Below are positions 44,602-55,037 of a stretch of 64,000 nucleotides of DNA, one piece after another. The DNA lies in assembly GCA_910587785.1 (NCBI GenBank), contig CAJUOA010000003.1, positions 32,044 through 96,043 on the forward strand, given 5' to 3'. How positions within the stretch are numbered: the first letter of the stretch is position 1; each line of letters opens with the position of its first letter. The notes under the pieces are model-generated. The model worked only from the letters and a program-made list of their open reading frames with translations, did not search any database and was not told the origin of the DNA. A program made the translations under genes and the position numbers. Origin of the DNA: an uncultured Oscillospiraceae bacterium (lineage in GTDB: Bacteria; Bacillota; Clostridia; Oscillospirales; Oscillospiraceae).

Positions 44602-45066
44602 TCACCGGTAGCTCTTCATGGCCCGGTCGATGGTGCGCTTGGCGTCCCGCTGGGCGGCGGCGTCCCGCTTGTCGTAGTTCTTCTTGCCCTTGCACAGGCC
44701 CACCTCCACCTTCACCCGGGCGTTTTTGAAGTACACCCGCAGGGGGACCAGGGCGTAGCCGTCCTGCTGAACGTAGGCCTGCAAGCGGTTGATCTCCCGC
44801 TTGTGCATGAGGAGCCGCCGGGGCCGCACCGGGTCCCGGTTGAAAATGCTGCCGTGCTCATAGGGGCTGATGTGCATCCCGTGGAGGTAAATTTCCCCGT
44901 TTTTGGCGATGCAGTAGGAATCCTTGAGGTTCAGGGCGCCTGCGCGGATGGACTTGACCTCCGTGCCGAAGAGCTCGATGCCCGCCTCGTAGTGGTCCTC
45001 CACAAAGTAGTCGTGATGGGCCTTGCGGTTTTGTGCCGCGACCTTGATGCCGCCTTTTTCTGCCAT
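44602..45066 (-). CDS. smpB: SsrA-binding protein
   Basis: NRKA.HDY.....YEAGIEL.GTEVKS.R and LL.HK.EI..L motifs. Start set at MAEKGG. Confidence 0.92.
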   Translation of the reverse strand: MAEKGGIKVAAQNRKAHHDYFVEDHYEAGIELFGTEVKSIRAGALNLKDSYCIAKNGEIYLHGMHISPYEHGSIFNRDPVRPRRLLMHKREINRLQAYVQQDGYALVPLRVYFKNARVKVEVGLCKGKKNYDKRDAAAQRDAKRTIDRAMKSYR

Positions 45067-45190
45067 ATGGATGGTCCCTCCTTCCAGGGAAATCGGTTCG
45101 TTTTTCCAGTATAGCATGTTTTTTCCCCTGCCGCAAGGGGGAAATCCGGGTTTTGCCGCGTCTGTCCCATAAACTGAGAAACCGCAGGGT

Positions 45191-45227
45191 CCTGTAGGGG
45201 CGGATATGATCCGCCCGTCCTATAGGT
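45191..45227. repeat. imperfect GC-rich palindrome
   Basis: cctgtaggggcggatatgatccgcccgtcctatagg. Confidence 0.6.
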
Positions 45228-45464
45228 CTGCGCCGTGGTATCGTGTGGGCGGGTGCGTGGACACTGGCCGGGAGAGGGCAGCGGGGCCCGCATTCGATGG
45301 GCGCTCCAGCCCCCTCCCAAAGAATTTCCCGGATTTCGGAAAAAAAGCTGTAAATTCAGTGGAAATTTTCTGAAAGCTATGGTATACTACTCTAGGAACG
45401 CCGGAAGAAAGGAGCAAAAACTCCAGAAACCGGCACCGCACTGCGGAAAAAAGGAGCAAATACA

Positions 45465-46001
45465 ATGGAACTGACAGAAAAAACGCTCTCCAGCCAGACG
45501 ATGTTCGACGGCAGGATCATCCACGTCCGCCGGGACGTGATCGAGCTCCCCAACGGGAAGGAGGCCTTCCGGGAGGTGGTGGACCACCCCGGCGGGGTCT
45601 GCGTCCTGGCGCTGGACGGGGAGGACCGGGTGCTGATCGTCAGCCAATACCGCTACCCCTACAACAAGGTCCTGCGGGAGCTCCCCGCCGGGAAGCTGGA
45701 GCGGGGGGAGGACCCCCGCGAGGCCGCCATCCGGGAGCTCCGGGAGGAGACCGGCGCTGTGGCCGGGACCTTTGAATCCCTGGGGGAGCTCTACCCCTCC
45801 CCGGGGTACTGCGGGGAGATCATCCGGATGTACCTCGCAAGGGACCTGACCTTCGGCGGAACGGACCTGGACGAGGACGAATTTTTGAACCTGGAGCGCG
45901 TCCCCTTCGAGACCCTGGTACAGCAGGTGCTCTCCGGGGAGGTCCGGGACGCCAAGACCATCGCCGCCGTGCTGAAGGCCAAGGTCCTGCAGGGCCTGTG
46001 A
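45465..46001 (+). CDS. NUDIX hydrolase (ADP-ribose pyrophosphatase-like)
   Basis: Nudix box GKLERGEDPREAAIRELREETG. Confidence 0.88.
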   Translation: MELTEKTLSSQTMFDGRIIHVRRDVIELPNGKEAFREVVDHPGGVCVLALDGEDRVLIVSQYRYPYNKVLRELPAGKLERGEDPREAAIRELREETGAVAGTFESLGELYPSPGYCGEIIRMYLARDLTFGGTDLDEDEFLNLERVPFETLVQQVLSGEVRDAKTIAAVLKAKVLQGL

Positions 46002-46031
46002 GCGGCGGCTCAGAAGATAAAGGAGGAACCA

Positions 46032-46736
46032 ATGGAGCAGAAAAAACGGGTACTGATCGTAGAGGATGAGAAGAGCATCGTGGATATCCTCCGGTTCAAC
46101 CTGGAGAAGGAGGGCTATGCCGCCCTCACCGCCTACGACGGCGAGGCGGGGCTGGACCAGGCGCTCAAGGAGAACCCGGACCTTATCCTCCTGGACGTGA
46201 TGCTCCCGAAGATGAACGGCTTCGACGTCTGCCGCATCCTGCGGGAGAAGGGGAGCAGTGTGCCGGTCATCATCCTCACCGCCCGGGAGGAGGAGACGGA
46301 CAAGGTCCTGGGCCTGGAGATCGGTGCGGACGACTACATTACAAAGCCCTTCTCCATGCGGGAGCTCATGGCCCGGGTGAAGGCCAACATCCGCCGCACC
46401 GCCATGCAGCAGAGCGCGGGGACAGAGGGGGCCGTCCAGGCCGGGGGCGGGCTGACCATCGACCCGGACAGCTACCAGGTCTATAAGCGGGACAAGCCTA
46501 TCGACCTGACCCAACGGGAGTATGAGCTCCTGACATTCCTCGCGGGCCACCCGGGGAAGGTCTACTCCCGGGGCGACCTCATGGAACAGGTGTGGAACTA
46601 CGGCTATGTGGGCGACGACGTGCGCACCGTGGACGTGACGGTCCGCCGGCTGCGGGAGAAGATCGAGGACGATCCCGCGAGCCCCGCCCTCATCCTCACC
46701 CGCCGGGGCGTGGGGTACTATTTCGCCGGGCAGTAA
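46032..46736 (+). CDS. OmpR/PhoB-family response regulator (WalR-like)
   Basis: REC domain (VLIVEDE, LILLDVMLP, KP) plus a winged helix (LT.REYELL.FL, VDV.VRRLREKIE). Confidence 0.9.
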   Translation: MEQKKRVLIVEDEKSIVDILRFNLEKEGYAALTAYDGEAGLDQALKENPDLILLDVMLPKMNGFDVCRILREKGSSVPVIILTAREEETDKVLGLEIGADDYITKPFSMRELMARVKANIRRTAMQQSAGTEGAVQAGGGLTIDPDSYQVYKRDKPIDLTQREYELLTFLAGHPGKVYSRGDLMEQVWNYGYVGDDVRTVDVTVRRLREKIEDDPASPALILTRRGVGYYFAGQ

Positions 46737-46829
46737 CGACACCGCGCAGGGGCGCGATAGAGCGGGCGCGTTGGCCGGTATCCCCGAGAAACCACCCCAT
46801 CCCAACACCACGAAAGGAGGACCGACCCC

Positions 46830-48629
46830 ATGTTCCGCAGTCTGCACATGAAGCTGGTGCTGATCATGCTGCTGCTCATCACGTCGCTGATGGCGATCGT
46901 GGGGGCGTTCCTCATGACCAGCATCACGGGATTTTTCATCGAGGAGTTCTACCAACAGATGGACAGCGTGTTCGGGGACAGCAATCCCTCCAACGCCGCC
47001 TTTGTGGGGAGCCTGCGCAGCTGGGCGGAGGAGGAGGATGTGCCCAAGATGCAGGAGATGATCGAGGCCAAGGCCGGGGACCTGGGGCTCAACTCCGCCA
47101 CCCGGACCTACTACATCCTGGACGGGCGCACCGGCGCTTTTCTCGCCGGGAGCGAGGGGCAGGAGGCTTTTGACCGTATGCAGGCCACGCCCAACCTCCT
47201 CACCGCCCGCAGCGGCATCGCCGCCGGACAGGACAGGGTTGGGGACCAGAGCGACATCACCGCCGGGTACATGGACGTGGCCATCCCCATCACCGCCGGG
47301 GAGAGCGCCTACATCATCTATATCTATGACAACCGGGACACGGTCAGCGCCCTGAACGGACAGCTCTTCCTCATCATCGTCCAGGCCCTGCTGGTGGGGC
47401 TCCTCATCTCCGTGCTCCTGAGCTTCCTCCTCAGCAAGACCATGATCATCCCCATCGAGCGGCTCACCGAGGGGGCGGAGCGGGTGGCCAGCGGGGACTT
47501 CGGCAGTACCATCGAGGTGGAATCCACCGACGAGATCGGCATCCTCACCACCACCTTCAACGACATGGCCGCCGTCCTCCAGGACACCCTGGAGGCGGTG
47601 GAGAACGAGCGCAACAAGCTGGACACCCTCTTCCTCCACATGACCGACGGCGTGGTGGCCTTTGGCCGGGACGGCTCCGTGCTCCACAGCAACCCCGCCG
47701 TCAGCCAGATGCTGGGCCGGGAGGTCAGCTTCTACGACTACGACGCCCTCTTCGGGGACAAGTTCCCCATGAAGAAGGTCCTCTCCCTCCAGCGGCCGGA
47801 CTTCGTCTCCGGGGAGCTGACAGCCCGGGAGCGCATTCTGGAGCTCTACCTCGCCCCCTTCTCCGACGGGGAGGACGGCGGCGTGATGGCGGTGCTCCAC
47901 GACGTGACCGCCCAGCGGAAGAACGACGAGATGCGAAAGGAGTTCGTCGCCAACGTCTCCCACGAGCTGCGCACCCCCCTCACCAACGTGCGCAGCTACG
48001 CCGAGACCCTCCGGGACAACGACGACGTCCCCCGGGAGATGGAGAACAACTTCCTGGACATCATCATCAGCGAAGTGGACCGCATGACCCACATCGTCCA
48101 GGACCTCTTGACCCTCAGCCGCCTGGATTCGGGCCGGGCGGAGCTCAAAATGGCCCGCTTCTCCCTGCGGGAGGCCCTGGACAGCGTCTGCCGGGCCGTG
48201 GAGCTGGAGGCCCGGCGGCGCGGCCACACACTGGTCCGCTCCTACGGGGAGACCCTGCCCATGGTCACCGGGGACCGCAGCCGCCTGGAGCAGGTGATGA
48301 TGAACGTGGTGGGCAACGCCATCAAGTACACCCCCGACGGGGGGACCATCACTGTAGACGCGGGTCTCCGGGGCCGCAGGGCGTGGATCGAGGTCTCCGA
48401 TACCGGCATAGGCATCCCCGAGCAGGACCGGGAGCGCATCTTCGACCGCTTCTACCGGGTGGACAAGGCCCGCTCCCGGGAGAGCGGCGGCACGGGCCTG
48501 GGCCTCTCCATCGCCCGGGAGATCGTACTGCGCCACAAGGGAGCCATCCGCCTCGCCCCCCACGACGGCCCCGGCACTACGGTGCGCATCGAACTGCCCA
48601 TCCGGCAGGAGGAGGTCCGCCATGAGTAA
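46830..48629 (+). CDS. sensor histidine kinase (WalK/VicK-like: TM, HAMP, PAS, HisKA, HATPase)
   Basis: H-box [15 protein letters not shown] and N/G boxes [14 protein letters not shown] and GGTGLGL. Confidence 0.9.
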   Translation: MFRSLHMKLVLIMLLLITSLMAIVGAFLMTSITGFFIEEFYQQMDSVFGDSNPSNAAFVGSLRSWAEEEDVPKMQEMIEAKAGDLGLNSATRTYYILDGRTGAFLAGSEGQEAFDRMQATPNLLTARSGIAAGQDRVGDQSDITAGYMDVAIPITAGESAYIIYIYDNRDTVSALNGQLFLIIVQALLVGLLISVLLSFLLSKTMIIPIERLTEGAERVASGDFGSTIEVESTDEIGILTTTFNDMAAVLQDTLEAVENERNKLDTLFLHMTDGVVAFGRDGSVLHSNPAVSQMLGREVSFYDYDALFGDKFPMKKVLSLQRPDFVSGELTARERILELYLAPFSDGEDGGVMAVLHDVTAQRKNDEMRKEFVANVSHELRTPLTNVRSYAETLRDNDDVPREMENNFLDIIISEVDRMTHIVQDLLTLSRLDSGRAELKMARFSLREALDSVCRAVELEARRRGHTLVRSYGETLPMVTGDRSRLEQVMMNVVGNAIKYTPDGGTITVDAGLRGRRAWIEVSDTGIGIPEQDRERIFDRFYRVDKARSRESGGTGLGLSIAREIVLRHKGAIRLAPHDGPGTTVRIELPIRQEEVRHE

Positions 48630-49863
48630 GAAGCTGGTGGACCGCCTGCAAAATGTGGCGTTGGTGGTACTGACCCTCTCCGCCGTCTTCCTGCTTCTGA
48701 GCTTCTTCCACCTCCGGGGGGGCTGGACCGCCCGGTTCCAGACCCTCCTGGCCGTCCGGCCCGCAGCCGGGGGGCAGGAGGAGGCCTCCGGCGTGGGGGA
48801 GCTCCTGGCCGCGCCCCACATCATGGTCACCTCAGACAGCGAGTACGGCCGGTGCGGCAGGCTCTATACCCCCGCCGGGGACGCCCTGCTGGAGCAGATG
48901 CTCCCCCTCTTCGGGGAGGCACTGGGCAGTGCGGACCAGGTGGGCGCGGCGGCGGACCAGACATTGCGCGCGGGCCTGGGCAGGTCCAGCCTGTACCTGG
49001 ACCTCACCGTGGAACTGCCCCTGGAGGTGGTGGCGGCGTGGCTGGGGGAGCGCACGGTCTTTGACCGCGCCGTCCGGGCCATGGCCCTCACCACCGAGGG
49101 GCGGGACACGGCGGTGCTCTACCTCTGCGGCGGGGAGGGGGAGATTTTCCGCTATTTCACCGCCCTGCCTGCCTCCGCCGTGGAGGCGCTGACAGAGTCG
49201 GTGTCCCCCAACGGGAGCCTCTTCGCCTATGAGACCAACTACGCCCCCCTCGCGCCCTACACGGTGCTGGTGCGGGAGGCGGAGGGCCTGCCCCAGGTGC
49301 GCTCGGAGCTCCCGGCCACATACTCCTCCTACCGCCTGCTGACGGCCCTGGACTTCAACGCCCACACCAACTCCCGCTACGCCGAGCCCGGCGGCACGGA
49401 GGTGGTCATGGACGGCAGGCGCACCCTGCGCATCGGCCCCGAGGGCACCGTGACCTACGACAGCGGGGAGGAGGACGCCGGCGGGCGGGGCGGGGCGCTG
49501 GAGGCCCTGCGCGCCGCCGGACGCCTGGCCGCGGCCCTCACCGGAGGCGTGGACGCCTCGCCGCTGTACCTGCGCCGCCTGGAGGCCCGGGAGGACGGAT
49601 ACCTGGTGGGCTTCCAGTACCAGGTGGAGGGGGTGCCGGTGCGCTTCCCCGACGAGGCCGACGCCCTGACCGTCCTGGTCCGGGGAGCCGGGATCGCGGA
49701 GTTCACCTGCCGGTGCCGCACCTACGTGCCGGAGGAGGAGGCGTCCGTCCTCCTGCCCCCCATCATGGCCGCGGCCATCGCCTCCCTGTACCCGGAGGGG
49801 GAGCTCTCCCTGGGCTACGTGGACAGCGGCTCCGGGCGGCTCCACGCGGATTGGCTGGTATAG
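48622..49863 (+). CDS. membrane-anchored protein of unknown function, coupled to the kinase gene
   Basis: 8-nt overlap with the kinase stop. One N-terminal TM helix, and the remainder is predicted extracytoplasmic. I recognise no motif. Confidence 0.5.
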   Translation: MSKKLVDRLQNVALVVLTLSAVFLLLSFFHLRGGWTARFQTLLAVRPAAGGQEEASGVGELLAAPHIMVTSDSEYGRCGRLYTPAGDALLEQMLPLFGEALGSADQVGAAADQTLRAGLGRSSLYLDLTVELPLEVVAAWLGERTVFDRAVRAMALTTEGRDTAVLYLCGGEGEIFRYFTALPASAVEALTESVSPNGSLFAYETNYAPLAPYTVLVREAEGLPQVRSELPATYSSYRLLTALDFNAHTNSRYAEPGGTEVVMDGRRTLRIGPEGTVTYDSGEEDAGGRGGALEALRAAGRLAAALTGGVDASPLYLRRLEAREDGYLVGFQYQVEGVPVRFPDEADALTVLVRGAGIAEFTCRCRTYVPEEEASVLLPPIMAAAIASLYPEGELSLGYVDSGSGRLHADWLV

Positions 49864-49908
49864 ACCGGGCAGTGCCCGACACAATATAGAGCAAGGAGAA
49901 GAAAAACG

Positions 49909-50670
49909 ATGCGTTTGGCAAACATCACCTGGCCTCAGGCGGAGGCCTACTTCAAGGAGCACGACATGGTGCTCATGGGCGTGGGGAGCATCGAGTGCCA
50001 CGGCAAGCACATGCCCCTGGGCACGGACACCCTCATCCCCGACCACCTGCTGGAGGACATCGAGAAGCGTACTGATGTGCTCATCTGTCCCACCCTGCCC
50101 TACGGGGCCACGGACACCCTGGCCGACTTCCCGGGGACCATCAACCTGGGCACGGACGTGCTCTACGACGTGATGCGCAGCATCACGGACAGCCTCTGGC
50201 AGCACGGGGCCCGGAAGTTCGTCATCCTCAACGGCCACGGCGGCAACACCCGCACCCTCCACCGTCTCGGCATGGAGATTCAGAAGCGGGGCGGGCTCAT
50301 GGCGGTGCTCAACTGGTGGCTCATGGCCTGGGACATGGACCCGGCCTGGAAGGGGGGCCACGGCGGCGGCGAGGAGACGGCGGCCATCATGGGCATCGAC
50401 CCGGGCCTCATCGACCGGACGTACGTGGAGGAGCCCCTGGTGCTGAAAAACGTCTCCGACGAGCTGGTGGCCACGGGCTTCAGCAGCGTGGTCTACAAGG
50501 GCGTCAGCGTGGACATCCCCCGGGTGACCCCCACGGTGACGGACAACGGCTGGATCGGCCCGGACCACCCCAACACCGCCACCGAGGCGTGGGGGAAGAA
50601 GATGCTCCAGACCAGCGCGGACTATATCGTTGACTTTCTTGGCGCGTTTGACCGTGTCAAGTTAGATTAA
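49909..50670 (+). CDS. creatininase family amidohydrolase
   Basis: GS.E.HG.H.PLGTD and ILNGHGGN motifs. Confidence 0.82.
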   Translation: MRLANITWPQAEAYFKEHDMVLMGVGSIECHGKHMPLGTDTLIPDHLLEDIEKRTDVLICPTLPYGATDTLADFPGTINLGTDVLYDVMRSITDSLWQHGARKFVILNGHGGNTRTLHRLGMEIQKRGGLMAVLNWWLMAWDMDPAWKGGHGGGEETAAIMGIDPGLIDRTYVEEPLVLKNVSDELVATGFSSVVYKGVSVDIPRVTPTVTDNGWIGPDHPNTATEAWGKKMLQTSADYIVDFLGAFDRVKLD

Positions 50671-50688
50671 AAGGAGGAAAAACCTACA

Positions 50689-51765
50689 ATGGACAAGAAA
50701 AAGACCTTACAGATGATCGCGGACATCACCAACGCCCCCGGCACCTCGGGCTTCGAGGACGCGGTGGTAGCCACCGCCCGGGGCTACGGCGAGCCCTACG
50801 CGGACCTCAAGGAGGACAGTCTGCGCAACCTCTACCTCTACCGCAAGGGCAACAGCGGCAACAAGCCCATCGTCCAGCTGGACGGCCACAGCGACGAGCT
50901 GGGCTTCATGGTCCACTACATCAACCCCAACGGCACCATCCACTTCATTCCCCTGGGCGGCTGGGTGCCCAGCAACGTGCCCGCCCACAAGGTCCTCATC
51001 CAGAACGCCGAAGGCGAGTATATTCCCGGCATCATCGCAAGCAAGCCCCCCCACTTCATGAGCGCCGCCGAGCGCAATCAGGCCCCGGCCATCAGCGATA
51101 TGGTCATTGATGTGGGCGCATCCTCCGCCGAGGAGGTCCGCCGGGACTTCAAGATCCGCATCGGTGCGCCGGTGGTGCCGGATGTCACCTTCACCTACCA
51201 GGAGAAGCACGACCTCATGATGGGCAAGGCCTTTGACTGCCGCCTGGGCTGCTGTGCCATCGTCAGCACCCTGGAGGCCCTCTCCGGCGAGAAGCTGAAC
51301 GTGGACGTGGTGGGCGCCATGTCCGTTCAGGAGGAGGTGGGCACCCGGGGTGCCCAGGTGACCGCCAATACCATCAAGCCCCAGGTGGCCATCGTCTTCG
51401 AGGGCTGTCCCGCGGACGACACCTTCTCCAGCCCCGCCGCCACCCAGACCCGCATCAAGGCCGGTCCCTACCTGCGCCACATCGACGCCCGGATGATCAC
51501 CAATCCCCGTTTCCAGCGCTTTGCCCTGGACCTGGGGGAGCAGCTGCGCATCCCCGTCCAGGACGGCGTGCGCACCGGCGGCTCCACCAACGGCGCGCCC
51601 ATCCACCTGAGCAACGGCGGCGTGCCCTGCATCGTCATCGGCCTGCCGGTGCGGTATATCCACACCCACTACGGCATCGCCGCCTACGCCGACTACGCCA
51701 ACGCGGTGAAGCTTGCCGTCGAGGTGATCCACCGGCTGAGCGCCGATGTCATCGGGGGCTTCTAA
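50689..51765 (+). CDS. M42 family metallopeptidase (FrvX/glutamyl aminopeptidase-like)
   Basis: APG.SGFE, LD.H.DE.GFMV, ..QEEVG.RGA and ..H....E motifs. Confidence 0.85.
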   Translation: MDKKKTLQMIADITNAPGTSGFEDAVVATARGYGEPYADLKEDSLRNLYLYRKGNSGNKPIVQLDGHSDELGFMVHYINPNGTIHFIPLGGWVPSNVPAHKVLIQNAEGEYIPGIIASKPPHFMSAAERNQAPAISDMVIDVGASSAEEVRRDFKIRIGAPVVPDVTFTYQEKHDLMMGKAFDCRLGCCAIVSTLEALSGEKLNVDVVGAMSVQEEVGTRGAQVTANTIKPQVAIVFEGCPADDTFSSPAATQTRIKAGPYLRHIDARMITNPRFQRFALDLGEQLRIPVQDGVRTGGSTNGAPIHLSNGGVPCIVIGLPVRYIHTHYGIAAYADYANAVKLAVEVIHRLSADVIGGF

Positions 51766-52559
51766 TGGGGGAGCGCGCCGCGGCACGGATCGACCCGGCC
51801 CTCTGCACCGGGTGCGGGCAGTGCCTGGAAAACTGCTGTGTCCACGCCATCTGCCGGGGGGAGGACGGCCTCTGCCGGTGCAACGGGGTGCTCTGCTTCT
51901 CCTGCGGGCAGTGCGCGGCCATCTGCCCGGTAGGGGCGGCTTCCCTGCCGGGGCTGGAAGCGCCGGTGGAGTACGCGCCGGAGCGCTTTGACCTGGACCC
52001 GGAGGTGCTCTTGAATGCCATGCGCTTTCGCCGGAGCATCCGCCGCTTCAACGGGGAGAAGCTGACCCGTTCGGAGCTGGAGATCCTTCTGGACGCCGGG
52101 CGCTGCGCCCCCACGGCCTCCAACAGCCAGAGCGTGGCGTTCACCGTGGTGGACGGGGAGTTCGAGGAACTTCGGGTAAAAATCTGGGAGAGCCTTGCCC
52201 GCGCCGCCCGGGAGAGCGGCCGCAAGCTGATGCTCCGCCGCTATGAGCAGTACCTGGAGGCCCCGGAAGCGCCGGATACCCTCTTCTACGGGGGCAGGCA
52301 GATGATCGTGGTCACGTCCCTGGGCCGGGTGGACGGCGGCTTGGCCCTTGCGAACATGGAACTCATGGCCCACGCCATGGGGCTGGGGGCGCTGTACTGC
52401 GGCTTCGCCGCCCACGCCATCGAAAGCGATGAAGAACTCCGTGCCCTCTTCGGCCTCACGGAGAAGCGGAAGATCGACAGCTGCCTGGTGGTGGGCCGCA
52501 CGGACCTCAAATTCCGCCGCACCGCCCCCAGGAATCCCGCCCGGGCCCAGTGGCGCTGA
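51765..52559 (+). CDS. ferredoxin-domain / nitroreductase fusion protein
   Basis: CTGCGQCLENC and CFSCGQCAAICP, followed by the nitroreductase motif RRSIRRF......L..A...APT.SN.Q. Confidence 0.8.
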   Translation: MGERAAARIDPALCTGCGQCLENCCVHAICRGEDGLCRCNGVLCFSCGQCAAICPVGAASLPGLEAPVEYAPERFDLDPEVLLNAMRFRRSIRRFNGEKLTRSELEILLDAGRCAPTASNSQSVAFTVVDGEFEELRVKIWESLARAARESGRKLMLRRYEQYLEAPEAPDTLFYGGRQMIVVTSLGRVDGGLALANMELMAHAMGLGALYCGFAAHAIESDEELRALFGLTEKRKIDSCLVVGRTDLKFRRTAPRNPARAQWR

Positions 52560-52590
52560 GGGATATCGAAACACATCAAGGAGGACTGTC

Positions 52591-53130
52591 ATGAAAAATC
52601 TGAGCTCTGACCTCTGGAAGCTGGTCATGTGTCTGGCGGAGCTGGCCGTCGGCATCCTGCTCTTTATAAACCCGGTGAGCTTCACCTCGGGCATCATCAT
52701 GATCCTGGGCGTGTGCCTGGTGGTGCTGGGGGTGGTCAATATCAGCGGCTACTTCCGGATGGACCCGGTGGAGGCGGCCCTCCAGCAGAATCTGGCCAAG
52801 GGGCTCTGTCAGGGAATGCTGGGATTTTTCTGTGTGTTCCGGTCGAAGTTCTTTATTATGAACTTTCCTGTGCCCAGCATTGTCTACGGCATCGCCATCC
52901 TGCTCTCCGGCATCTACAAGACCCAGTGGGCGGCGGATATGGCGCGCCTGAAGCGGCAATACTGGTTCGTCCCGGCCATTGGGGCGGCGGTGTCGGTGCT
53001 GGCGGCTGTGGTGGTGCTGCTCAACCCCTTCAGCGAGGCCGGCGCCCTCTGGATGTTCACCGCCATTGCCCTCATTATTCAGGCCATGGTGGACCTCAGC
53101 TCCACCATCTTCAGCAGACAGGGGAAGTGA
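52591..53130 (+). CDS. HdeD/DUF308 family membrane protein (second copy in the window)
   Basis: Six TM helices. RBS aaggagga lies upstream. Confidence 0.65.
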   Translation: MKNLSSDLWKLVMCLAELAVGILLFINPVSFTSGIIMILGVCLVVLGVVNISGYFRMDPVEAALQQNLAKGLCQGMLGFFCVFRSKFFIMNFPVPSIVYGIAILLSGIYKTQWAADMARLKRQYWFVPAIGAAVSVLAAVVVLLNPFSEAGALWMFTAIALIIQAMVDLSSTIFSRQGK

Positions 53131-53188
53131 CCGGCATATCCTCCGGTTTTTCCGCATAGACTGTACCAAAATCAAGGGGGGCAGTGCT

Positions 53189-53407
53189 ATGAAAAAGGGA
53201 AATCGGATGAAGGTGTTCCTGCTCCGGCGGCGTTATCTGGTCATCGGACTGGGGCTTCTGCTGGCGGCGGTGATGTTCCTGGCGGTGAGCCTGCCGGAAC
53301 TGCTGTCCGCCGGAGAGCCGGAGCCGTCGGAGCCTGTGGTCCAGATGGAGGTGCCCCCGGCGTCGGGGGAGGCCCCCGCGGGGACGGCGGCTGGAGGACA
53401 GCCGTGA
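53189..53407 (+). CDS. 72-aa signal-anchored protein, unknown function
   Basis: Basic N-terminus, one TM helix and a Pro/Glu-rich tail. A terminator follows. Confidence 0.4.
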   Translation: MKKGNRMKVFLLRRRYLVIGLGLLLAAVMFLAVSLPELLSAGEPEPSEPVVQMEVPPASGEAPAGTAAGGQP

Positions 53408-53409
53408 AA

Positions 53410-53455
53410 GCGAAAAGAGCGTCTCTCCTGTACAGGGGAGGGACGCTCTTTTCGC
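53410..53455 (+). terminator. stem-loop terminator
   Basis: gcgaaaagagcgtc...gacgctcttttcgc. Confidence 0.65.
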
Positions 53456-53492
53456 AGTGCCTGAGCGGCGGAGATACACAATAGGAGGATCA

Positions 53493-54194
53493 ATGATTAT
53501 GAGAACGAGCGCAGAGCTCAAGCAGTTCCTGTACGGCCAGGGGGCTGGACTGGTGGGCATCGGGAACATGGAAGGGATAGAAAACTGCCGTTTCCAGACT
53601 GGCGTGGCCATAGCGGTCCCGCTGCCCCCAAGAGCCGTCGCCGCCCTGCGGGAGGCCCCGACGCTGGAGTACCTGGACCTGTACCACGCATTGAATCAAA
53701 AGCTGGATGAGATCGTCCTGGCAGGGGAGCGCTTTTTGCAGAACGCCGGGCACAACGCGCTCGCCCAGACCACGGCCCGGGTGAAGGCCGACGGGGACAA
53801 CATCTCCCCTCTTCCACACAAGACCGTGGCCACCCGGGCCGGACTTGGCTGGATCGGAAAGAGCGGCCTGCTTGTGACGCCGCAGTACGGCGGGGCCATC
53901 CGGCTCTCGTCCCTGCTCACGGACGCAGAGCTGGACTACGACGAGCCGGTGGTACGCTCCCGCTGCGGGACCTGCGGCCTGTGCGTGGAGCAGTGTCCTG
54001 CGGGCGCGCTGCGGGGGGCGCTGTGGGAGGCCGGTATGGAGCGGAAGCAGATCGTGGACGTGGAGGCCTGCCGCAAGAAGCAGGTGGAGATCATGTCCCG
54101 CCGTACCGGCATCGAGACGGACCTGTGCGGGAAGTGCTTTGCGGTCTGTGCATATACCCGGCGGTACTTGAACGGGAGCGGCAGGGAGGAGTGA
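53493..54194 (+). CDS. QueG/reductive-dehalogenase-related 4Fe-4S protein (short form)
   Basis: HK..A.RAGLGWIGK..L...P.YG....L..L.TD plus CG.CG.C...CP. Confidence 0.65.
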   Translation: MIMRTSAELKQFLYGQGAGLVGIGNMEGIENCRFQTGVAIAVPLPPRAVAALREAPTLEYLDLYHALNQKLDEIVLAGERFLQNAGHNALAQTTARVKADGDNISPLPHKTVATRAGLGWIGKSGLLVTPQYGGAIRLSSLLTDAELDYDEPVVRSRCGTCGLCVEQCPAGALRGALWEAGMERKQIVDVEACRKKQVEIMSRRTGIETDLCGKCFAVCAYTRRYLNGSGREE

Positions 54195-54227
54195 TCCCTG
54201 CCGCTCCCGCTGTAGGCTGGAGCGTGT

Positions 54228-54932
54228 CTATGTCTCGTTCCGCCTGGACACCCGGCGGTAGACCAGCAGTCCCGCGGCGCTGATGGCCAGCGTCGCGCCG
54301 AAGACGGCGGCAGCAAAGGTGTAGCGCCCCATCCCCAGGGCGCTGCCGCCGATGGTGGAGGTGATGATGGAGGGGATGGGGGCGATGGTGCTGATGATGA
54401 TCCAGCTGCGCAGGGGGAGCTTTGTCAGGCCCACGATATAGCAGAGCACGTCCTTGGGCGTGCCGGGCAGGAAGAAGAGGAAGAACACCCAGAAGGTCAG
54501 CTTTTTCTCGTTTTGCAGGAAACGGAGGGACTGGACCTTCTCCAGGGGGAAGAACACCTCCACCGCCCGCACGCCGAAGCGCCGCACCAGCAGGAACACC
54601 GCCACCCGTCCCACCAGTGCCCCGATAAGGCACAGCAGCGTGCCCTCCAAAGCGCCGAAGGCGTAGCCCGCGGCGATCTCCAGGGGCTCCCCGGGGATGA
54701 TGGCCACCACGATCTGGAGCACCACCATGCCCACGAACAGCAGGGGGGCCCGCACGCCCTGGGCGTCCACCCAGGCCTGGAACCGCTCCGGCTCCCGGAC
54801 GAACCGGATCAGCGGTCTCCCGGCGAACCAGCACACCAGGGCCGAGAGTACCAGGAACAGGAACACCCCCGTCCCCGCGATCCACTTTTTCTGCCGGTCC
54901 GTCAGGGACCTCTCTCTTCGCATACGCGCCAC
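54228..54932 (-). CDS. TVP38/TMEM64 (DedA-related) family membrane protein
   Basis: IIPGEPLEIAAGYAFG motif and 5-6 TM helices. Confidence 0.78.
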   Translation of the reverse strand: MARMRRERSLTDRQKKWIAGTGVFLFLVLSALVCWFAGRPLIRFVREPERFQAWVDAQGVRAPLLFVGMVVLQIVVAIIPGEPLEIAAGYAFGALEGTLLCLIGALVGRVAVFLLVRRFGVRAVEVFFPLEKVQSLRFLQNEKKLTFWVFFLFFLPGTPKDVLCYIVGLTKLPLRSWIIISTIAPIPSIITSTIGGSALGMGRYTFAAAVFGATLAISAAGLLVYRRVSRRNET

Positions 54933-55037
54933 CTCGCTTTTGTTCTGCCCTTATTGTACAGGGGTTTGTCTTAAAATAAAAGCGGGCAAATGTGTAAGAT
55001 TTGATTAAGAATGGAGGTTTTTTCTGTGCGGGCCGCC

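Noticed and set aside
45387-48830. 1147-aa ORF on the minus strand
   Set aside because: It lies antisense to the Nudix, response regulator and kinase genes, which carry clear catalytic motifs. Its composition is junk-like.
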